A DNA stretch of 64,000 nt, taken from sequence record OZ196593.1. One strand, written 5' to 3'. Both the position numbers and the translations under genes were made by a program. The notes beneath the pieces are model-generated. The model had not been told where the DNA came from, ran no database searches, and worked only from the letters and a program-made list of their open reading frames with translations. Of this stretch, positions 57,814 through 64,000 are shown piece after piece. Within the stretch, counting starts at the first letter, position 1; each line of letters begins with the position of its first letter.

Positions 57814-58395
57814 ATGAAAAAGACAATTATTTTTGATGTAGATGGCGTACTAATCGATTGGGCAAGCCAACTACCGTTATTCTGCAAGCGATGCGGTATC
57901 GACCCCGTGCTTGCACTGAAACACTTCACAGCTAAAGAGCACGTTGACGTTCGCGACCTATTCGGTATCGAGCAGAAATACATCGCGTTCGAGCTGCTAG
58001 ACAAATACAATCTAGAGCACGGTAAGTACATGACTGCTTTCCCAGATGCTGTAGACCACATTCACAAGCTTGCGAAAGAGTACAACTTGATTGCACTGAC
58101 GAAGTTCGGTGATACAACTGAGCACTGGTTAACTCGCAAGTTCAATCTTGAGACGTTCTTCCCTGGGTTGTTCAGTGAGCTGATCACAATTCGCGGTGAC
58201 GAATCGAAGATTGGTTACGTTGCTGCAATTCAAGCAGAACATGACGTGGTAGCATTCGTCGATGACCAACTTGAGAACATCGAAGCAATCAAACGAGCAA
58301 ATGGTGTGCTGACCGTCCATATGAATCGATACGATGAACGTGCAGACGTTAAACACATGAGCGATATGATGTCTTTCATTGAAAACAATGTTTAA
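57814..58395 (+). CDS. HAD-family protein, T4 gp30.2-like
   Basis: FDVDGVLIDWASQLP, FVDDQ; resembles T4 30.2 TDIDGVCLSWQSGLP. Confidence 0.8.
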   Translation: MKKTIIFDVDGVLIDWASQLPLFCKRCGIDPVLALKHFTAKEHVDVRDLFGIEQKYIAFELLDKYNLEHGKYMTAFPDAVDHIHKLAKEYNLIALTKFGDTTEHWLTRKFNLETFFPGLFSELITIRGDESKIGYVAAIQAEHDVVAFVDDQLENIEAIKRANGVLTVHMNRYDERADVKHMSDMMSFIENNV

Positions 58396-58419
58396 CACAT
58401 AGCGATTCGATTATATAAT
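58389..58419 (+). promoter_or_regulatory. TGTTTAAC-N17-TATAAT promoter (ligase operon)
   Basis: Recurrent motif. Confidence 0.7.
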
Positions 58420-58453
58420 AAGCTCCTAACGGGGCTTTTTTTATGGGTGAAAA

Positions 58454-58753
58454 ATGATAAAACGAGCATATATTATTCACGCTGACAGCGCGATTGCTAA
58501 ACGAGCAGTTGTGTTAGATCGACGTGAGTCAAAGGGTAAGCCGAGATTCTCCAAGAAAGGGGAATGGGAAGCTGAAATGCTTACTGACTGGCAAGAATGG
58601 AACAAAGAAGCATGTGACTACATTGTTCACATCTATGGCGATTTAATCGCAGGTAAACCATTCAACGTCACGATTGTAAACGGCAACGTATATTTCGAGG
58701 AAAATGATGTTTGCTATACTAATGAAAAGCAACCACGAGGTGGCGATTATTGA
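58454..58753 (+). CDS. Hypothetical protein
   Basis: 99 aa ORF. Confidence 0.6.
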   Translation: MIKRAYIIHADSAIAKRAVVLDRRESKGKPRFSKKGEWEAEMLTDWQEWNKEACDYIVHIYGDLIAGKPFNVTIVNGNVYFEENDVCYTNEKQPRGGDY

Positions 58754-58928
58754 TCTCGGAGACGTTACAATGCCCGCATTGTACGTCAAAGAAGAAGACG
58801 CCAACAAGGTTTTGTACAAGAACGACTTGAACACGCACTGCTATGTAGCACCTGTTCGAGCTGATTTTTTTATTTTGGGAAATACTAATGATTCTGCAAA
58901 TTCTACACCAACTAGCGGCAACGACTAA
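58704..58928 (+). CDS. Hypothetical protein
   Basis: 74 aa ORF overlapping both neighbours; GAGG SD. Confidence 0.45.
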   Translation: MMFAILMKSNHEVAIIDLGDVTMPALYVKEEDANKVLYKNDLNTHCYVAPVRADFFILGNTNDSANSTPTSGND

Positions 58929-60222
58929 ACGAACTGAGAAAGAGAAAATCCTCAAAGGCGAAGTAGACAACGAGTTGCTTAAACGCGTATTCGAACTCGC
59001 GTACTCACCGAATGTTCTGTTCAACATGAAGAAAGTGCCTGAAGTGATGCGTCAAGGCGTTGAGCCAGAAGAATTCGAGCCACTCAACATCGCGTTAGAA
59101 CGCGTGTATCAAGCACTAGCAGTCGAACAGCTTCGCGGTAAAGCAGCACACACGTTCGTTGAACACGTGCTTTACGAACTGAATGAAGACGATGCAGACG
59201 TACTACGTCGCGTTATCTTGAAAGATCTACGCACTGGCTGTACGGGTGGTACTGCGAATAAGGTATGGAAGAAGCTGATTCCAGAGCAACCGCAAATGCT
59301 TGCATCGCCATACAAAGAAAAGCTAGTCGATGCCATTCTGAAGAACATGGCGTATGCAGAGCTTAAAGCAGATGGCGCACGTTGTTTCGCTCACGTCGAT
59401 GCAGATAACAACGTAACGTTTACGTCACGCAACGGCAAACAGTACACGGGCTTGCTGAAGATTGAGCGTGCGATTCAAAGCATGGAATCACAGCGTTTTG
59501 TAATCGATGGTGAACTTGTATACGCACCGAACGGTCTAGACGCAGTTGAAGATCGCTCAACGGGTAACGGCATTGTCAACAAAGCAAGCAAAGGCACGAT
59601 TTCACTTGCAGAACAAGCAGACATTGTTTTCCAAGTATGGGACATCATCCCTGAAGACGTGTATTTCGGTGTTTCAGATGAATTGAACATGCCGTATCGT
59701 TTACGTAAGCAAGTTCTTGCAGATCGTGCGATGGGTGTCGAGGGCATTGAGCCGATTCCGTGGGATACTGTTCACACGAAAGAAGAAGCAAGCGCGATCT
59801 ACAATCGCTATGTAGCGATGGATCTTGAAGGCATCATTCTGAAAAACCCTGAAGCACTGTGGGAAAACAAGCGAAGCAAATCGCTAGTCAAGTACAAAGA
59901 AGTGCATGATGGTGATTTAGAAGTCATCGAAGTGATTGAAGGCGACAAGAAGAACAAAGGCAAGATGGGTGCATTATTGCTACGTTCAGCATGTGGTCGT
60001 TTGATTACGAAAGTTGGTAGTGGCTTTAGTGACAAGCAGCGCGAAGATATATGGGAGCGTCGTGACGAAGTTATCGGTATGATTGTTGAGATCAACTATA
60101 ACGCGATTACGAAAGCACGCAACAAAGAGACATGGTCGTGTTTCTTACCAATCTTTGTGCAGTTCCGCGACGATAAAGACGTGGCAAACACGCTAGAAGA
60201 AATGAGCGGCTTCAAAGGCTAA
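58888..60222 (+). CDS. gp30: ATP-dependent DNA ligase
   Basis: ELKADGARC, IDGEL, EGIILK, RSKSLVKYK, VGSGF, FLPIF..FRDDK. Confidence 0.96.
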   Translation: MILQILHQLAATTKRTEKEKILKGEVDNELLKRVFELAYSPNVLFNMKKVPEVMRQGVEPEEFEPLNIALERVYQALAVEQLRGKAAHTFVEHVLYELNEDDADVLRRVILKDLRTGCTGGTANKVWKKLIPEQPQMLASPYKEKLVDAILKNMAYAELKADGARCFAHVDADNNVTFTSRNGKQYTGLLKIERAIQSMESQRFVIDGELVYAPNGLDAVEDRSTGNGIVNKASKGTISLAEQADIVFQVWDIIPEDVYFGVSDELNMPYRLRKQVLADRAMGVEGIEPIPWDTVHTKEEASAIYNRYVAMDLEGIILKNPEALWENKRSKSLVKYKEVHDGDLEVIEVIEGDKKNKGKMGALLLRSACGRLITKVGSGFSDKQREDIWERRDEVIGMIVEINYNAITKARNKETWSCFLPIFVQFRDDKDVANTLEEMSGFKG

Positions 60223-60225
60223 ACA

Positions 60226-60263
60226 AAAGGGTTGACTTCGGTCAGCCCTTTTTCATATAAATA
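60226..60263 (+). promoter_or_regulatory. Terminator hairpin with embedded TTGACT followed by late promoter TATAAATA
   Basis: AAAAGGGTTGAC-TTCG-GTCAGCCCTTTTT; TATAAATA 60256-60263. Confidence 0.75.
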
Positions 60264-60285
60264 CTTTCATTTAGAGAGAACGAAC

Positions 60286-61146
60286 ATGATTATTTTCGAG
60301 GCATTTTCGCGCCCTGTGCCTTATAAATGGGTCAGACCGAGCGAAATTGAATTCACAGTAAACGGTACGAAGTATCGAGCAACGTACAATATCACGTACA
60401 GAGACGGCAGCTCACAAATGTACATCGACTTCCAATGGAATGACGGTGGGCAATGGTCGTACAAGCTGAAGAAGGGCGGAGACCCGAAAGACGCAATGGC
60501 TGTATTTGCGACTGTACTCGCAGCGGGTGAAGAGAAAGCAAATCAAGAGAAGCCGGATTTCATTACGTTTAGCGCGTTCTCAGATGAAGATGATGCAGAC
60601 GCACACAAACGATTCAGACTGTACAAACGCATGGCTGATCGCTACGCTAAACAACTTGGCTACACGATGCATGTTGACGGTCGCAATTTCATCTTGAAGA
60701 ACAACAACCCATCGACGGTGAGACGTATACCGAATGACGGCATCATGATTGATGACGAACTGACGTACGTTGAAATGCCACGCACGAACGAATTCACATG
60801 GGCTACAATGTTCGAGTGTACTCGTCCGGGTGATTTTGAAATGGTGCGTTTTAAGAATGGCTTTGCTACAATCAAGCGTCAGACTGAAGATAAAGTCGAG
60901 ATCATGGTTAAAGCAGGTGGTCAAACGTATGACAATTTAGATTCACCAGAAGTGTGGGACAAGTTGAACGGTGAGTTGTTTGTTACAGCGTCATGGCGCC
61001 CAGATGAACCACAACCGATGTCAGAGAAAGCATCATTGCTTGAGAATGGTTGGATGATTTTGACTGAGACATCTACAGTGTACAAAGTAGAAAATGTTGC
61101 AGACTTCGAAGCGATTTGGGGTTACAAATTAGAGTCTATTAGATAG
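60286..61146 (+). CDS. Late protein, candidate head-internal protein
   Basis: MIIFE start after late promoter; N-domain shared with 15750-16727 C-module. Confidence 0.7.
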   Translation: MIIFEAFSRPVPYKWVRPSEIEFTVNGTKYRATYNITYRDGSSQMYIDFQWNDGGQWSYKLKKGGDPKDAMAVFATVLAAGEEKANQEKPDFITFSAFSDEDDADAHKRFRLYKRMADRYAKQLGYTMHVDGRNFILKNNNPSTVRRIPNDGIMIDDELTYVEMPRTNEFTWATMFECTRPGDFEMVRFKNGFATIKRQTEDKVEIMVKAGGQTYDNLDSPEVWDKLNGELFVTASWRPDEPQPMSEKASLLENGWMILTETSTVYKVENVADFEAIWGYKLESIR

Positions 61147-61147
61147 T

Positions 61148-61176
61148 AAAAAGGGAGCCGATTGGCTCCCTTTTTT
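61148..61176. terminator. Bidirectional terminator
   Basis: AAAAGGGAGCC-GATT-GGCTCCCTTTTTT. Confidence 0.88.
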
Positions 61177-62869
61177 ATTGTGCTGCAATTGATTTGCTGA
61201 ATTTCTCACGCGTCGTCGCGGGTAGTTCAGGGTTATCAGTGCCAAGAAGTAGAATCGCGATGTCTTCAAGTTCAGCCATGCGTTCTTGCTTCATGTGAAC
61301 ACCAATAACGCTTTCATTGTAAGCGCCTTTGTCGCGCACTGAAAGACGAATGACAGCATGTGAGCCTACGTGATCCATAGTCACAACGTCAGCGTCAAAC
61401 ACAGTGTTGCGGTTAATCATGAACTCGTTTTCACCTTGTTGACCGTTTCTGCCAGGGATGTAAACTGGAAGACCGTCACTTTCGATGATGAATACGACTT
61501 TCATATTCATAGTACCGAATCCAAGCGTATCAAGCATTTCTTGTTTGCTTGAGTCACGTGATGTCATCACATCAAGCACATTAGCTTCAGCGAATTCAAC
61601 GGCAATCATCGGGTCAGTCGATGCGCTCATATAAGCAGTCGATGCAAACAAACCAGTCTTCAGAATGCTTCTAACGACGTTAGACGTACATTCCATGCCA
61701 CGATATAGCAGAGGAGTAGGTTGAATATTATGACCCATAACACCAGCCTCTTCGAATGCAGAGTCGATATCACTGATAATCTTAGCTGTTTTCTCTGTGC
61801 CTTTACCCGTCAATAGATGCTGATTCACGTTCCAGTATTGTGCGCCAGTATAACGAGCAATAGAGCCTTGAACTTCAGGCGAAACGCCAGACCATGTTGG
61901 GTCTTGTTGAAGCTGAACTGCTAGTGTGTTGTACTGAGTTTCGAATTCACGCGACTTCACGGAAAGCATGTTTCTGACAATCTCGTTAACAGTTCCTTGA
62001 TCTTGATGCTTAGTGTTGCGCATAGCAGGTGCAATACGACTAGCAATAGTTTGCAAGTCAATTGGGATATCTAATGTACCAAGCGCGATACGAGCAACGT
62101 CAGCCACTTCAGGCACACTATGATTCGCAGCGCCTTGCAAGCGTTCACGATATACACCGCGAGTTGCAGGGGTTAGAGCAGGCATCACCATTGGCGTGTT
62201 CGGAACACGTTTCGCTGGTTTGTCTTCGATCCATTCAGCTTTCACTTCGTCGTGAAACTCTTCAAATCCTGGTACCATATCAGCCGTAACGATAATCGAG
62301 CGTGCAGTCGCGATGTCTGGTTCTTTAGACATTTGAGCAGCTAGAATATTGATAGTCTTTTCTTCAGACTCAAGTAGCTTATCGGTATTGTATCCCGGTT
62401 TGTTGATAACGAAGAAGCTGAAATCTTCAGCCATTTCATGATCGCCAACGTTTAGAATCTTAGTTGTTTCACAGCCGTAGCGTAGTTTCTTGAATAGCGT
62501 TTTGATACGCATATCGAACATCTTGCCACTGCCTTTCTTTTGTACGCGCATTGATACAGCGTTTGCACGAACTTTCAGCATGAATTCTTGAACAAGTTTA
62601 ACCAACGTTTCTTGGAACTTTTGTTGATCACCCATATCACGAATAGTTAATCCGCCTTTTTTACCGCGCATTGCAGTAACAGTACAGAACCAAGCGCGTT
62701 TAGTACGGTCGCCTAGCCCCGATTTTGTTTTACTTGTAAACGTGACAACGACATCTTTGGTCTCACCAGCCATATCGATGACAAAGTAACGATTGACTTT
62801 GGTCGAGCGAGCCGGGTAGTAGTTATAAGTTGAAGTTGCTGTCTCATTTAATTCTTGAAATCCAATCAT
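61175..62869 (-). CDS. alt: Alt-like ADP-ribosyltransferase
   Basis: R-S-E motifs LYRG, YMSAS, GENE; YTG..YWNVN; N-terminus resembles T4 Alt; CATAAATA at 62902-62909. Confidence 0.82.
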   Translation of the reverse strand: MIGFQELNETATSTYNYYPARSTKVNRYFVIDMAGETKDVVVTFTSKTKSGLGDRTKRAWFCTVTAMRGKKGGLTIRDMGDQQKFQETLVKLVQEFMLKVRANAVSMRVQKKGSGKMFDMRIKTLFKKLRYGCETTKILNVGDHEMAEDFSFFVINKPGYNTDKLLESEEKTINILAAQMSKEPDIATARSIIVTADMVPGFEEFHDEVKAEWIEDKPAKRVPNTPMVMPALTPATRGVYRERLQGAANHSVPEVADVARIALGTLDIPIDLQTIASRIAPAMRNTKHQDQGTVNEIVRNMLSVKSREFETQYNTLAVQLQQDPTWSGVSPEVQGSIARYTGAQYWNVNQHLLTGKGTEKTAKIISDIDSAFEEAGVMGHNIQPTPLLYRGMECTSNVVRSILKTGLFASTAYMSASTDPMIAVEFAEANVLDVMTSRDSSKQEMLDTLGFGTMNMKVVFIIESDGLPVYIPGRNGQQGENEFMINRNTVFDADVVTMDHVGSHAVIRLSVRDKGAYNESVIGVHMKQERMAELEDIAILLLGTDNPELPATTREKFSKSIAAQ

Positions 62870-62960
62870 TTTTTAGACTCGCCTTATTGAAAATATACCT
62901 GTATTTATGAGAGTGCATTAACACCCATCTAGAACTATTTAAACTTTTTTACGAAAGTGG

Positions 62961-62989
62961 TTGCATCGAATTCAAAATACGCCTAATAT
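62961..62989 (+). promoter_or_regulatory. Early promoter TTGCAT-N17-TAATAT
   Basis: Near-copy of 38538 promoter. Confidence 0.8.
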
Positions 62990-63032
62990 CTCTACATCGA
63001 AACGAAACACACTAATCACAAGAGAGAAAATT

Positions 63033-63551
63033 ATGACTAAACTTAACGCTCAGACTGCTACTAACGCTCAAATCGCTGAATTCTACGGTATGACTCTTGA
63101 TCCGTCGGGTATGCCTTACGCACTTGACGCGAAATCACGTCGTCATTACATCACTGATTTGCGTTCAAAGTTTCGTAAAGAAGCAGCTAAGAAGACTTCA
63201 CGCAAAGTAGCTACTGCGACTCGTAAAATTGAATTACCAAGCGCAGAAGAGCATTTAGCGATGCTGAACACTGATTTCACTGAACATCAATGGTTCATTC
63301 GCGAATCTCAGCCGGGTCTTGATATCTCAGAACTTGGTTTACGCTTCTACTTCATCGGTGGTGCTAACATTCATCAACTGAACATTCGCACAAAACACTT
63401 CTCAAACAAAGAGTTAGAGAATTTCTATGCGAACAAGAAGATTCTGAAAGGTCACAAGGGTACTGGTTCAGTCACAATTGGCTCTCTTTCATACGAAGAA
63501 GTTGTTCAAATCGCACAAGATATGATTGAAAAGTCAGAAAGTGTGATTTAA
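63033..63551 (+). CDS. Early hypothetical protein
   Basis: Start at ATG 63033 after GAGAG leader; basic linker. Confidence 0.7.
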   Translation: MTKLNAQTATNAQIAEFYGMTLDPSGMPYALDAKSRRHYITDLRSKFRKEAAKKTSRKVATATRKIELPSAEEHLAMLNTDFTEHQWFIRESQPGLDISELGLRFYFIGGANIHQLNIRTKHFSNKELENFYANKKILKGHKGTGSVTIGSLSYEEVVQIAQDMIEKSESVI

Positions 63552-63576
63552 GTCACGAAAAAGAAGTGTTCGGGTA

Positions 63577-63605
63577 TTGACAGTAACATCGAAATACCCG
63601 ATAAT
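63577..63605 (+). promoter_or_regulatory. Promoter TTGACA-N17-GATAAT flanked by inverted repeat
   Basis: TCGGGTATT...AATACCCGA overlaps both boxes. Confidence 0.75.
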
Positions 63606-63650
63606 AAACACATCAAGACGACATAGACAACTACTTAAAGAGAGAACATT

Positions 63651-64000
63651 ATGACTATCACTAAAATTCAAATCGAAACTATCGCACAAGACTTAATGAG
63701 CGGCAACAACGCAATGGGACGCGACCTTATTTCTGAAGGTTGGACATTCGGTTGGTCAACTCGTAAAGCTGCACTTGGTGATTGTTCTTACCGTGACCGT
63801 CATCTTCGTCTTTCTTCAGTGTTTCTAAATGCACGTACGCTAGATGAGCAAATCAACACAATCACACACGAAATGGCTCACGCTATCGCATGGACTGATT
63901 TCAACGAGCGTGGTCACGGTGCAACTTGGAAACGTGTTCATCGTCAACTAGGTGGTACTGCGGAACGTTGTTCTTCAGTTTCTAACCCTGACGCTCTTCC
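63651..64000 (+). CDS. SprT-like zinc metalloprotease (truncated by window end)
   Basis: LGDC, TITHEMAHA (HExxH), GHGATWK. Confidence 0.85.
   Translation, partial: MTITKIQIETIAQDLMSGNNAMGRDLISEGWTFGWSTRKAALGDCSYRDRHLRLSSVFLNARTLDEQINTITHEMAHAIAWTDFNERGHGATWKRVHRQLGGTAERCSSVSNPDAL

Overview
This window is part of a large T4-like (Tevenvirinae/Straboviridae-type) myophage genome. A marine Vibrio-type host is inferred from KVP40-like gene content (cca, sir2, trimeric dUTPase) but cannot be proven here. Left to right it contains: (1) the head/tail block gp17-18-19-20-67-68-21-22-23; (2) a tRNA CCA-adding enzyme, a late operon for a putative head fibre with two Inh-like genes, and several accessory genes; (3) inh-uvsW-uvsY and long tail fibre genes 35/34; (4) the replication block rnh-dsbA-33-59-32-frd-(ClpP-like)-uvsX-40-41-nrdD/G-61-dut-dexA; (5) a hyperplastic region of small early genes with td, srd, sir2, fused topoisomerase 39+60, 30.2, ligase and an Alt-like ADP-ribosyltransferase. 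Best leads: a late, probably capsid-packaged two-module protein (15750-16727) whose first module resembles the non-catalytic domain of the DNA-phosphorothioation-associated putative methyltransferase family; a set of late proteins with gp21-cleavage-like N-termini; an exact TGTTTAAC-N16/17-(T/G)ATAAT promoter class before replication genes; terminator hairpins with a -35 box in their stem; three Inh paralogues; a type IV prepilin-like peptide; and a gp35 hinge with extra lectin-like domains. All homology calls come from motif recognition by eye, not from database searches.
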